A stretch of 64,000 nt of DNA. Origin: Gemmatimonadales bacterium (GTDB lineage Bacteria; Gemmatimonadota; Gemmatimonadetes; Gemmatimonadales; GWC2-71-9). The stretch lies in contig JBBCJC010000002.1 in the NCBI GenBank assembly GCA_037189525.1, positions 1,216,001-1,280,000 on the forward strand, in the 5' to 3' direction. The notes under the pieces were generated by a model. That model was not told the origin of the DNA. It ran no database searches and saw only the letters and a program-made list of their open reading frames with translations. The position numbers and the translations under genes are program-made. This document shows positions 43,909-53,787 of this stretch, piece by piece; position 1 is the stretch's first letter; each line of letters opens with the position of its first letter.

Positions 43909-46617
43909 ATGCTGAGCGAGTTGTGGAGCGATATCCGGTATCGGTTGCGGGCCGTGTTCCGCCGGCGAGCGGTTGAGCGCGAACTCGACGACGAGGTCGC
44001 CTTCCATTTGGAGCGGGAAACCGAGAAGCTCGTGGCGACGGGGCTATCGCGGGCCGAGGCCTATCGGCATGCGCGGCTTGCGTTCGGCGGCGTCGACCGG
44101 ATCAAGGAAGAGAGTCGCGACGCCCGCGGGATCTCCTGGCTGCAGATGCTCGGTCAGGATCTCCGCTACGCTGTGCGCGGCTTGCGGAACAGTCCCGGGT
44201 TCACGGCGGCGGTCGTTGGTACCCTGGCGCTGGGCATCGGCGCCAACGCCGCGATGTTCGGCATCGTCGATCGGCTCCTTTTCCGTACCCCTGCGTTTCT
44301 CGAAGAGCCAGGCCGGGTGCATCGTGTCTACCTCGAGACGCAGCATCGAGGGCAGGCCATCACCAACAGCAGCATTCCTTATACCCGTTATCTCGACCTC
44401 CAGCGGTGGACCTCGTCGCTGGAGCGGATGGGAGCCGTATTCAGCCTCCGGACCGCGGTGGGCACGGGCGATGATGCCCGCGAAATGTCGGTTCTCGCGA
44501 TGAGCGCGTCGGTCTGGGACTTCTTCGACGGCCCGCCCGTCCTGGGTCGCTATTTCCGCGAAGCCGAAGACGTTCCCCCCGAAGGTGCGCCCGTCGCGGT
44601 TCTGAGTCATGGCCTGTGGCAGTCGCGATACGGCGGCAGGGCGGATGTGTTGGAGACGCAACTTCAGATCGGCGCGTTGAACTACACGATCATCGGTGTT
44701 GCGCCGCCCGGGTTCGACGGCCCGGAGGATGGTCGGGATGGCCGACCGCCGGTGCTCTTCATTCCGATCACCTCGTACGCCGGCACAACAGCTGACCGGA
44801 GCACGTACTATCAGACCTACAGTTGGGATTGGATGGAGTTCCTGGTGCGGCGCAAGCCGGGCATCTCGGCCGCAGCAGCGTCTGCCGAGCTGACGGGAGC
44901 GTTCGAACGGAGCTACGAGGCGGCGCGGACCCGGAGCCCGACGATGACGCCCATCGAGATTGCCCGCCCGCGGGCCGTGCTGGCCCCGATCCAGCCCGAG
45001 CGCGGGCCCAATCAGAGCGCGGTCTCGAAGGTTGCGCGGTGGGTCAGCGGGGTCGCGCTGATCGTGCTGGTCATCGCCTGCGCCAATGTCGCTAACCTGC
45101 TCCTGGCGCGCGCGGCGGGTCGCCGTCGGGAGATCGGCCTTCGTCTGGCGCTCGGGGTGAGCCGGGCTCGGCTTGCCTCCCAGCTGCTCACCGAGAGCCT
45201 GCTGCTGGCCGCGTTAGGCGGCCTCGCGGGCTTCGGCGTCGCTCGGCTCGGGGGAACGGTGCTCGCGCGGCTCTTCCTGCCCGACCTGGGCGGCGCGAGT
45301 TCGGTCACCGACTGGCGGACCGTCGGCTTCGCGTCGCTGGCGACACTCCTCGCCGGTCTCGCGACCGGCCTCGCGCCGATCCTGCAGACCCGTCGTGCCG
45401 GCGTGGCAGACGCTCTCACACTCGGAGCCCGCTCCGGGACCTATCGCCGGTCTCGCGCCCGCGACGCGCTCCTGGTGACGCAAGGTGCGCTCTCGGTGGT
45501 GCTCCTGGTGGGCGCGGGGCTCTTCCTCAGGAGCCTCGACCACGTGCGCTCGCTGCGCCTGGGGTACGACGTCGATCAGGTGATGTTCGTGAACGCCCGG
45601 TTGCGGGGTGTTTCCCTCGATGACGAGCAGGGTGCGGAGCTCAAACGCCGGCTGCACCAGGTTGCGCTCACGGCCATTCCCGAGGTGACGAACGCGGCGC
45701 TCACGGCCTCGGTCCCGTTCTGGATGGGCCGGTCCCGCTCGCTCTTCGTCGAAGGGGTCGACTCGGTCGAGCGGCTGGGCCGCTTCAGCCTGAACGCGGT
45801 ATCGCCTGAATATTTCACGACGATGGGCACCCGGTTGCTGCGCGGCCGCGGCATCAGCCGCGAAGACCGGGCCGACGCGCCACCGGTAATGGTGGTGAGC
45901 GAGCAGATGGCCGCCGCACTCTGGCCGGGCCAGGATCCGATTGGCCACTGCGTCCGGGTCCGATTCGAGACCGAGCCGTGCACCACGGTGATCGGCGTGG
46001 TCGAGGACATCAAGGAAAGCCAGATCAGCACCAACGCCGAGCGCCAATACTACCTCTCGGCGGAGCAGTTCGGGCCGCAACACACGAGTCTCTTCGTGCG
46101 CGTCGGAGGCAAAGCGACCGATCACCTCGAAGCGGTCCGGGCGCGGCTCCAGCAGGAGATGCCTGGAGCAAGTTATGTGACGGTGATGCCGTTCCGAGAT
46201 GTCGTTGGTCCGCAGCTTCGCTCCTGGGAGCTCGGCGCCACCATGTTTCTGGTGTTCGGCGGGCTGGCCGTGCTGCTCGCCGGGATCGGGCTCTACAGTG
46301 TGATTGCCTATCACGTCGTGCAGCGTCGCCGGGAGCTGGGCGTTCGGATCGCGCTGGGCGCGTCGACCGGCAGCATGCTCAGACTGGTGGTGAGCGAGGG
46401 TGTCCGATTCGCGGCCCTGGGCGTGATAATCGGGGCCGTGATTGCGCTTGCTGCGGGTCGATGGGTTGGCCCGCTCTTGTTCGAGCAGTCGCCGCGTGAT
46501 CCCGTGGTGTTCGGCGGGGTGGCCTTGCTCCTCCTCGCGGTTGCGGCAGCGGCAAGCGCGATCCCCGCCCATCGGGCGACACGTCTCGACCCCAATACCG
46601 TGCTTCGGGCCGAATAG
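43909..46617 (+). CDS. ADOP family duplicated ABC permease
   Basis: ELDDEVAFHL, A..AFGG..KE..RDAR, LALGIGAN, IACANVANLLLAR. Confidence 0.93.
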   Translation: MLSELWSDIRYRLRAVFRRRAVERELDDEVAFHLERETEKLVATGLSRAEAYRHARLAFGGVDRIKEESRDARGISWLQMLGQDLRYAVRGLRNSPGFTAAVVGTLALGIGANAAMFGIVDRLLFRTPAFLEEPGRVHRVYLETQHRGQAITNSSIPYTRYLDLQRWTSSLERMGAVFSLRTAVGTGDDAREMSVLAMSASVWDFFDGPPVLGRYFREAEDVPPEGAPVAVLSHGLWQSRYGGRADVLETQLQIGALNYTIIGVAPPGFDGPEDGRDGRPPVLFIPITSYAGTTADRSTYYQTYSWDWMEFLVRRKPGISAAAASAELTGAFERSYEAARTRSPTMTPIEIARPRAVLAPIQPERGPNQSAVSKVARWVSGVALIVLVIACANVANLLLARAAGRRREIGLRLALGVSRARLASQLLTESLLLAALGGLAGFGVARLGGTVLARLFLPDLGGASSVTDWRTVGFASLATLLAGLATGLAPILQTRRAGVADALTLGARSGTYRRSRARDALLVTQGALSVVLLVGAGLFLRSLDHVRSLRLGYDVDQVMFVNARLRGVSLDDEQGAELKRRLHQVALTAIPEVTNAALTASVPFWMGRSRSLFVEGVDSVERLGRFSLNAVSPEYFTTMGTRLLRGRGISREDRADAPPVMVVSEQMAAALWPGQDPIGHCVRVRFETEPCTTVIGVVEDIKESQISTNAERQYYLSAEQFGPQHTSLFVRVGGKATDHLEAVRARLQQEMPGASYVTVMPFRDVVGPQLRSWELGATMFLVFGGLAVLLAGIGLYSVIAYHVVQRRRELGVRIALGASTGSMLRLVVSEGVRFAALGVIIGAVIALAAGRWVGPLLFEQSPRDPVVFGGVALLLLAVAAAASAIPAHRATRLDPNTVLRAE

Positions 46618-46646
46618 CGGACCTGTCGCCCTTCGCAGCTTGCGTT

Positions 46647-47729
46647 TCAGCGCCGATAGGTCGAATCCAGCACTGCCAGCGTGCGTAGCGCCCGGGCCGA
46701 CAGGCCACGGGGCAGGGTCGTGTCTTGCGCTGCCACCTCACCGTAGAGCCGCCAGAAGGCGGGCGGATCGCCCACCGTCCGGTTGAGGGCGTCGCGGCCC
46801 CGTCGCTGCTCGATGGCGGAGGCCATGAACGCGCCGAGTATCCGGCCGTTGTCGGGCAGCTCACGATGGAGCCACGGGCCGAGGACGGCGGCGGAATCGG
46901 GGTGCGCACCGATGGTCTCCAGAACCCGCTCGGTCTGTCGCAGTCGATGGTTGCTGCGCTCGTTGTGCTCGATCTGGTAGGTCAGGAAGTATTCCTGGTA
47001 CATCGGCCGCTTATAGCGGCGACGGATCGAATCGGGCGAAAGCTCCGGAACGACCGCTTTGTCGAGCAGACCGGGAATGCCCTCCGTTTCCACGGTCGAG
47101 AGCACCCAGGCCAGCAGATCGTTGCCATAGTTGCGATGTGGCGGTGGCAGCGTGGCACGATAATAGTGATGGAATTCGTGAGCCATGACCTCGATCGGAT
47201 TGGGAAGCTCGAGGAAATAGAGCGGGTCGATCAGCAGGCGCTCCTGATAGCCTCGCGCATCGAGGAAGTACACCAGGGACATATTCGGGATCGGTGCGCG
47301 GCTGACGGTTTCGGGCGGCAGGTACCGTTGCGCCAGGGCCGCTCCCCGGTCCATCGCGCCGCGGTCCAGGCTCGCCACGAAGCGGGACAAGGTATCCCGG
47401 TGCTCGGGGATCCGGCTCATATGGGCAACCGCCCGCGCGAGCCAGTTCTCCTCTCGGAGCGCCGCCTCCTTTTCGGAGCGGAGTGACGGCCGAAACGCCA
47501 GGCGCATCGCCCGGGTCAGCGCGGTGCGGCGCCGTTCGCGGGTCTCCAGCAGCGCGTAGCCAGGGGTTGCCCACAGCGCATTCCAGATGCTGTCGGACGG
47601 CTCACGATCGTCATGCAGGATCTCGTACACCTGCCAGAAGCGGTCGAGCGAGGAGGTGTCGAGTCCCGTTTGAGTCTCCGCGGGATCGCACACCAGGATC
47701 AGGGCCAGCAATACGATGAGGATTGGCAT
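46647..47729 (-). CDS. Secreted putative Zn-dependent protease (DUF5700-like)
   Basis: Signal peptide; AHEFHHY, ETEGI..LLD, G.FMA..I. Confidence 0.7.
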   Translation of the reverse strand: MPILIVLLALILVCDPAETQTGLDTSSLDRFWQVYEILHDDREPSDSIWNALWATPGYALLETRERRRTALTRAMRLAFRPSLRSEKEAALREENWLARAVAHMSRIPEHRDTLSRFVASLDRGAMDRGAALAQRYLPPETVSRAPIPNMSLVYFLDARGYQERLLIDPLYFLELPNPIEVMAHEFHHYYRATLPPPHRNYGNDLLAWVLSTVETEGIPGLLDKAVVPELSPDSIRRRYKRPMYQEYFLTYQIEHNERSNHRLRQTERVLETIGAHPDSAAVLGPWLHRELPDNGRILGAFMASAIEQRRGRDALNRTVGDPPAFWRLYGEVAAQDTTLPRGLSARALRTLAVLDSTYRR

Positions 47730-47826
47730 GGTGGTTCCGGGTGATGGTCACAGATAGACCCGCCATCGCCCGAAAGGGTTGCTTTGCCGGCCGAGCGGAC
47801 CGGCAGAGCAGACCCGTACTGCGGCG

Positions 47827-50157
47827 CTACATCCGGAAGAGGTAACTCCCTTTGACGAAGAATCCGTCGCCGGTGCGCTGGAGGTCCGCCAGCTTGAAGC
47901 GGCCGGTGTCGCGATAGCTGCCGCCATAACCCGCAAAGAATACGGTGCCCGGTGTCGGCTGCAGCGAGAAGAGGAAGTCGGCCCGGAGCCCGTTCGATTC
48001 GCGCCGGGTGGCCCGCTGGTAGCCGCCGGCCGCGTTGCGGATCAGGATCGGATCGTCGCTCCGGCCGTCATCGCGCAACGCATCCCGCCGGGCCGCCTGA
48101 TACTCACCGACGACCCGGAGGAAGAGCGCCCGGTTGATCTGATATTCGAGCCGGAGCCGGGGAATGTGGGTGACCGAGACTGTGGTGCCGTCGGTCCGGC
48201 GCTGATAGTCGGACAGGATGTAGGTGCCGTAGACGCGGAGTTGGCTGGTGGGCCGAAACTGGACCGTCGAGTTGATGAAGAAGATCTTGGCCGGTGACCA
48301 CTCGTCGTAGTTGACGTCGTTGCCGTAGTAGCCGCCCAGGCTGCCCTGGAACGGCCCGACCCACGGGGTCACCAGCGTGCCGCTGGTACCGTAGTTGGTG
48401 ATCGTGCCGCTTCCGGGATACGGAGCAATCGTGTCGACGATGCCGCCCCCGAGTTGGCGCTCCACGGCGTAGTCGCGATAGAGGCGGTGATCGTAGCCGA
48501 AGCCTTCGAGCCAGTTGAAGATATCGAGCGCCCAGCCGCCGCGGAACTCGATGTTCCCGGTCACGAAGAACTGCCGGTCGAGCAAACCGCGTCCCGAAAC
48601 GAAGTCGTCATAGATCCAGCGGCCCTGGAACCGGATCGCTCCCGTAGCGCGCCCGATAAACGCCCCCGGCTTGCCGTAGACCGTGTACGATGGCCGGAAA
48701 CCCAGGCTCACGGCGTCGGGCTGACTGATGAATCCGGCCGCGGCGACGAACTCGTCGCTGACCCCCTCGAAGGTGGCATCGAATCCGAAGTTCCGTCCTG
48801 CGCGGCGAACGTCGACCTCCCAGAGCGGCGCCGTCACGCTCTGTCCCAGGCGGGATGTCACGCTGCCCACCAACTGCGCCGAGACAGCCAGCTGGCCGGG
48901 GAGGACGATGCGGGTATCGATGCCGGCCAACTGGCTGCTGTTCTCGGGTTCGAATCGCCCGGTGTATACCACTCCGAGCCGGGATCCCCCGCCCAGATCA
49001 CGCTGCAGCCGGGCGATCGCAAAGAACGGATTGTCCTCGCGGGTCCGCGAGAGTTCGCGTCCGTCGAGCGCCATCATCGTAGCAACCGTGGTGCCGGCAA
49101 CCTTGCCTGTCAGCTTGGTCGCCGCGACAGGAGCCACGATCTGGCGGGAGTAGATCAGCTGATTGGGCGTCGAGAACTGCTCGATCCCCTCCAGGAAGAA
49201 CGGCCGCTTTTCCGCGAAGAACAGGGCGCGGCGAGGGTCGGTGATGATCTGGCTCGCGTCGGCCTCGACCTGGGAAAAATCCGGGTTGTACGTCCCGTTG
49301 AGCGTTAGGTTGGGCGTGATTCCCCAGCGCACGTTGGCGCCGAACTCGGCGGCGTCATCGTAACTCCAACTGCCGGGACGTCCCGGATCGGGAGCGCCGG
49401 TTGCGCGCGCCGTGATGACCGGGTTCAGGTCCATCACCAACCCGCGACGCAGGCCGGTCAGTCCCTGGAGCGTCCCCGACTGTCCCAGAAACGACGGGGC
49501 GGCGCGGACGGCCGGCACCCAGGAGTACTCGTGTCCGGTGGCCTGAACCCTCCGAATGATGTGGAGGCCCCAGTCCTGCGGGTCGTCGGACTGATACCGC
49601 AGGGTCTTGAAGGGAATCCGGATCTCGATCTCGAACCCCTCCGCGGTCAGGCGACCCTGCGAACTGTAGACGTAGTCCGGACTCAGGTCGGTGCCCTCCC
49701 GTCCCCCCGCGTTCTGTCGGCCCTCCTCGGCCATGGCGCCGTCTTGCTGCACACCGAGCGGATTGACTGCGAAGACGAGTGCCTGGTGTCCGTCATTGTA
49801 GGTGCCCAGGTAGAACTCGATCCGGTCCTCTTCGCCCAGGCGGTCGCGGTTGGCCAGGGTGGCGCGGACCGTACCTGGCGCGGCCTTGGCACGGACCCCG
49901 AAATGCAGTGCCGTCGGAGAGTACCAGACCAGGATCTCCGTTTCCTGCTCAGCCGGCCGGCGATCCGCCGGCGCGTACTGGGAGAACCCGGTCAGGCGGG
50001 CCGCCCGCTGCCAGACCGGTTCGGTCAGCACGCCATCGACCTCGATCTCGGCCTCGATCCGGGGCGGTGCAAACCGGACCTGACCTGCGGTGCCGACGTA
50101 GGGTGGCGTGAGGGTATCCGAAACAGCCCCGGTCAGGGCGAGTACGAGTGCGAGCAT
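47827..50157 (-). CDS. CBM9-like/DUF5916 outer-membrane protein
   Basis: VDGVL.E..W, F.VNPLGVQQD, EIRIPFKTLRY, NPDFSQVEAD, EKRPFFLEG. Confidence 0.85.
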   Translation of the reverse strand: MLALVLALTGAVSDTLTPPYVGTAGQVRFAPPRIEAEIEVDGVLTEPVWQRAARLTGFSQYAPADRRPAEQETEILVWYSPTALHFGVRAKAAPGTVRATLANRDRLGEEDRIEFYLGTYNDGHQALVFAVNPLGVQQDGAMAEEGRQNAGGREGTDLSPDYVYSSQGRLTAEGFEIEIRIPFKTLRYQSDDPQDWGLHIIRRVQATGHEYSWVPAVRAAPSFLGQSGTLQGLTGLRRGLVMDLNPVITARATGAPDPGRPGSWSYDDAAEFGANVRWGITPNLTLNGTYNPDFSQVEADASQIITDPRRALFFAEKRPFFLEGIEQFSTPNQLIYSRQIVAPVAATKLTGKVAGTTVATMMALDGRELSRTREDNPFFAIARLQRDLGGGSRLGVVYTGRFEPENSSQLAGIDTRIVLPGQLAVSAQLVGSVTSRLGQSVTAPLWEVDVRRAGRNFGFDATFEGVSDEFVAAAGFISQPDAVSLGFRPSYTVYGKPGAFIGRATGAIRFQGRWIYDDFVSGRGLLDRQFFVTGNIEFRGGWALDIFNWLEGFGYDHRLYRDYAVERQLGGGIVDTIAPYPGSGTITNYGTSGTLVTPWVGPFQGSLGGYYGNDVNYDEWSPAKIFFINSTVQFRPTSQLRVYGTYILSDYQRRTDGTTVSVTHIPRLRLEYQINRALFLRVVGEYQAARRDALRDDGRSDDPILIRNAAGGYQRATRRESNGLRADFLFSLQPTPGTVFFAGYGGSYRDTGRFKLADLQRTGDGFFVKGSYLFRM

Positions 50158-50338
50158 GGCGATCCGACGAAGGAGTTGGGTTCGAGGGCCCAGGTCGAGC
50201 CGGCCCCTAAAAGTACCCATACGGATACCGGGGCCGCTTAGTGCCGAGCGGAGACGGGTGATCTATCTTGTCTGGCTGGGCGTCCCGACGCCCGGATTTC
50301 GGTACCATCCTCCCCGAGACCTTCGACCTGGACTGCCG

Positions 50339-52927
50339 ATGCTCGTCCTCCTGCTCTTTCTGTTTCTGGCGACCCCCGTGGCCGCGCAGCATGCGCTGGC
50401 TCCCGAGGGTGGACGCTATGATCCCGCCGTTCCGACCCCCCGATCGGTTCTGGGGTATGAGGTCGGTGAACGCTTCACGCCTCACCACTTGTTGATGCGG
50501 TACCTGGAGCGGGTGGCGGCGTCGAGCCGGCGCGTCCGTCTCGATACGCTGGCGGTGACCTTCGGCGGCCGGGAAACGGTGATGGCAATCGTGACGAGCG
50601 AAGCCAACCATGCTCGGATGCCGGAGATCCGCGCAGCTGCCGAACGGATCGCCGAGCCGGTTGGCGCCTCGGATGCCGAGCTGGAGTCGACCCTGGGGCG
50701 GCTGCCCGCCATCGTCTTCCTGGCCTACACGGTGCACGGAGGCGAGGCGAGCGGGACCGAGGCGGCCATTGCCACCTTGTATCAGCTGGCGGCTGGGCAG
50801 GATGAAGAAGTCCGCCGTATCCTGGACAACACCGTCGTGCTGATCGATCCGCTCCAGAATCCCGACGGCCACGAACGACATGTCCAGCGCGTCTGGCGTT
50901 CGGCGTCACGGAGCGGACATCCAAACAGTCCGCTCGCCATGATCAACCAGAGCGACTGGCCCGGGCCGCGCACCAGCCACTATCAGTTCGATCTCAACCG
51001 CGACTGGTTCATTCAGTCGCATCCGGAGTCGCGGGGACGTGCCGGTGTGATTCACCGCTGGCGTCCGCACGTGGTGGCCGACCTGCACGAGATGGGCTCC
51101 AGTTCGAGTTACTTCTTTGCGCCGCCGATGGAGCCCGTCAACAAGAACGTGCCGCAGAAAATCAAGGACTGGTGGGACATCATCGCCAAGTCCAACGCGG
51201 CGGCCTTCGATCGATACGGACGGCCGTACTTCACGCGCGAAGGGTACGACGAGTTCTGGCCGGGGTACGGCGTGTCTTATCCGATCCTGACCGGTGCGGT
51301 CGGGATGACCTACGAGCAGGCCTCGAGCAGCGGCGGCCGGATCCGGCGTAATGACGGAACTGATCTGACCCTGCACACCGCGGCGTGGCAGCACTACCTC
51401 ACCTCGATGGCGACCCTGAGGGTCAGCGCCGAGCGTTCGCGTGATCTGGTGCGCGACTACCTGACCTTCCGGCGGACTGCTGTCACGGAATCCGAGCGCG
51501 CGGCGTTCCGGTATGTCGTGTTCGAGCGCGACGGCGAGGGACGCGCCGACTCGCTGGTTGCCTTGCTGGCCCGGAGCAACATCGCGGTGCAGCGGCTGAC
51601 CGGTCCGGTCGATGCGGCGGGCGCGACCCGCTACGGCGAGACCGCCGCGCGCGCTGCGCGGCTGCCGCAGGGGGGCTATGTCGTTGACCTGGCGCAGCCG
51701 CAGGGGCGCCTGGCGCGGGCGCTGCTCGAGCCCGATGCGGTCCTCGATTCCACCTTCATCCATGAGGAACTCGAGCGGCGGCGGACCGGTCAGCCGAGCC
51801 GCTTCTATGACGTCACGGGCTGGTCACTGCCGTTCACGTTCCGGGTCAATGCCTGGGCGCTTCGGGGTCCGTTGACCGAGCTCGAAGCGGCAACGTGGCT
51901 GGCGTCGTCGCCCTCGTCCGCGCGGACGGCGACCTTTGCCTATGCCTTTGCCCCTGGCAGTGAGACCAGCCTCCAGATGCTGGCCGGATTGTTGGCGGAC
52001 GGTGTCCGGGTTCGTTATGCGCGGTGGTCGTTCCGGGTCGGCAGCGATGCGTTTCCCCGCGGGGCCTTTCTCGTCCAGGTGGCGGCCAACGACAGCTCGG
52101 TGCATCAGCACGTTGCCAATCGGGCGGCGCAATCGGGCGCCCAGATCGTCCCGCTGGCGACGGCGCTGGTGGATGAAGGGACCGACCTGGGCAGTAACAG
52201 CGTGATTCCGGTGCGTCCGGTCCGGGTCGGGCTGGTTGGTGGGCAGGGCGTCAATGGTAACTCGTTCGGGTTTACCTGGTTTGCTCTGGATCAGCGGTTA
52301 CGGTATCCGGTCCTGACGGTCGAGGCGCGCCTGCTGCAGGCTGCGCTGGGTGAGCTCGATGTCGTCGTCATCCCCGGTGCGCAGAGCGGTGCGCTCGACG
52401 CCGCCCTGGGTGAAGCCGGGCGTACCGCGCTGGCTGCTTGGGTGCGAAACGGTGGCGTGCTGATCACACTCGAAGGTGCGACGGCGTGGCTGGCCCGCGA
52501 GTCGGTTGGTCTCTCTCGGCTTCGGATCCGCCCCGACTCGTCTGGTGCGGACGGGATGGCGCCGTTGCCCGTCAACGTACCAGGCGCCATCGTTCGCGCG
52601 ACGGCCGATACCCTGAGTCCGCTGCTGGCGGGGCTTGGCCAGACCGAGCTCCCGGTCATGGTGGATGGAAGCCTGGTCTTGACGCTACCGCGGAACCTAC
52701 GCCCTGGGGAGGCCGTCATCCAATACGCAGCTGCCGATAGGCTACGCATGGCGGGCTATCTCTGGCCCGAGGCGCCGGGGCGATTGGCGCGGACTCCGTA
52801 CCTCTGGACGGAGCGGGTGGGTAGCGGGCGGGTGATTGCTTTTGCTGGAGACCCGAACTTCCGCGATCTCTGGCGGGGTTTGCTCCCGATCTTCGGGAAC
52901 GCGGTACTGCTCGGCGGCAGTTACTGA
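50339..52927 (+). CDS. M14 family zinc carboxypeptidase, secreted
   Basis: VHGGE, NPDG, DLNRDW, DLHEM, TYEQ; glutamine-amidotransferase-like C-terminus. Confidence 0.92.
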   Translation: MLVLLLFLFLATPVAAQHALAPEGGRYDPAVPTPRSVLGYEVGERFTPHHLLMRYLERVAASSRRVRLDTLAVTFGGRETVMAIVTSEANHARMPEIRAAAERIAEPVGASDAELESTLGRLPAIVFLAYTVHGGEASGTEAAIATLYQLAAGQDEEVRRILDNTVVLIDPLQNPDGHERHVQRVWRSASRSGHPNSPLAMINQSDWPGPRTSHYQFDLNRDWFIQSHPESRGRAGVIHRWRPHVVADLHEMGSSSSYFFAPPMEPVNKNVPQKIKDWWDIIAKSNAAAFDRYGRPYFTREGYDEFWPGYGVSYPILTGAVGMTYEQASSSGGRIRRNDGTDLTLHTAAWQHYLTSMATLRVSAERSRDLVRDYLTFRRTAVTESERAAFRYVVFERDGEGRADSLVALLARSNIAVQRLTGPVDAAGATRYGETAARAARLPQGGYVVDLAQPQGRLARALLEPDAVLDSTFIHEELERRRTGQPSRFYDVTGWSLPFTFRVNAWALRGPLTELEAATWLASSPSSARTATFAYAFAPGSETSLQMLAGLLADGVRVRYARWSFRVGSDAFPRGAFLVQVAANDSSVHQHVANRAAQSGAQIVPLATALVDEGTDLGSNSVIPVRPVRVGLVGGQGVNGNSFGFTWFALDQRLRYPVLTVEARLLQAALGELDVVVIPGAQSGALDAALGEAGRTALAAWVRNGGVLITLEGATAWLARESVGLSRLRIRPDSSGADGMAPLPVNVPGAIVRATADTLSPLLAGLGQTELPVMVDGSLVLTLPRNLRPGEAVIQYAAADRLRMAGYLWPEAPGRLARTPYLWTERVGSGRVIAFAGDPNFRDLWRGLLPIFGNAVLLGGSY

Positions 52928-52947
52928 CGATACCGGTTGGGAAGAGG

Positions 52948-52981
52948 AATCGCCGTCGGCCTGTGCCGGCGGCGATTTTTT
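52948..52981 (+). terminator. Rho-independent terminator
   Basis: AATCGCCGTCGGC-CTGT-GCCGGCGGCGATT followed by a T-run, about 20 bp after the M14 stop. Confidence 0.85.
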
Positions 52982-53085
52982 CATTTCAGAATCGGCCAGC
53001 CGTTTCTCGCCTACCTATTCGCTATCGTAGGGTCAACACGTCGAACGCGATATGTCGAATGAGGTATGACAACGAAGGTGACGGC

Positions 53086-53664
53086 TCATTGCGGAGACCG
53101 CCGAAAGTCGCTGCGGACGAGCTTGTCGAGGAGCAACTGCGCTGCGGGAGCTCGGACTCCGCCCTGGGAATAGAGCGATCTGAGCGCCTGTTCCCCTTCC
53201 GGTCCGGCCATCGTAAGGAGCCCCACGGCTTGTCGCTGCAGGCGGTCGCTCGTACCTCGGGGTACTGGGCCGCTGCCAGTATGAGGTGTCGGGGCCTCAC
53301 GTGCGGCCTCCATGAGGAAGGCGATGGCTTCTGGACGCTCTGCTTGCGTTAGCATCAACCCGAGGGTCGAGAACCGTAGTGATTGATCGTTGGAGCGGAA
53401 GTATATACCCCGTAATCGCGCCACAATACCACGATTGACTGGCGGAGATCCCTCGGTGCGCAGGCCGTAGTCAATCGCGATTTTGATAACTGCTCGCATT
53501 CGCTCGTCCCGACTAACAGTTGAAGTTGCAACGTGATCCAGGCTGTCCAGGCGCCGGATCGCGTCCTTCGTATCCAGTGGCACCTGGCCCTCGAGCTGCC
53601 GGCCATGGCTCGTGATTACCGCAAGAAGCGCGAGACTTATGATGAATTTCTTCAATTGGCGCAT
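53086..53664 (-). CDS. Secreted hypothetical helical (HEAT-like) protein
   Basis: Signal-like MRQLKKFIISLALLAV; lower-GC segment. Confidence 0.55.
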   Translation of the reverse strand: MRQLKKFIISLALLAVITSHGRQLEGQVPLDTKDAIRRLDSLDHVATSTVSRDERMRAVIKIAIDYGLRTEGSPPVNRGIVARLRGIYFRSNDQSLRFSTLGLMLTQAERPEAIAFLMEAAREAPTPHTGSGPVPRGTSDRLQRQAVGLLTMAGPEGEQALRSLYSQGGVRAPAAQLLLDKLVRSDFRRSPQ

Positions 53665-53787
53665 CGTCGACGCAATCGGGCCGGGTAAACCGGCCCACAA
53701 TCTGTTCATCGAAGGGTCCAACAGCGTCGTCACATTTACGTTCGGGCCAGCACTGAATTCCGGATTGTAGTAGCGATCGGACTCAGG

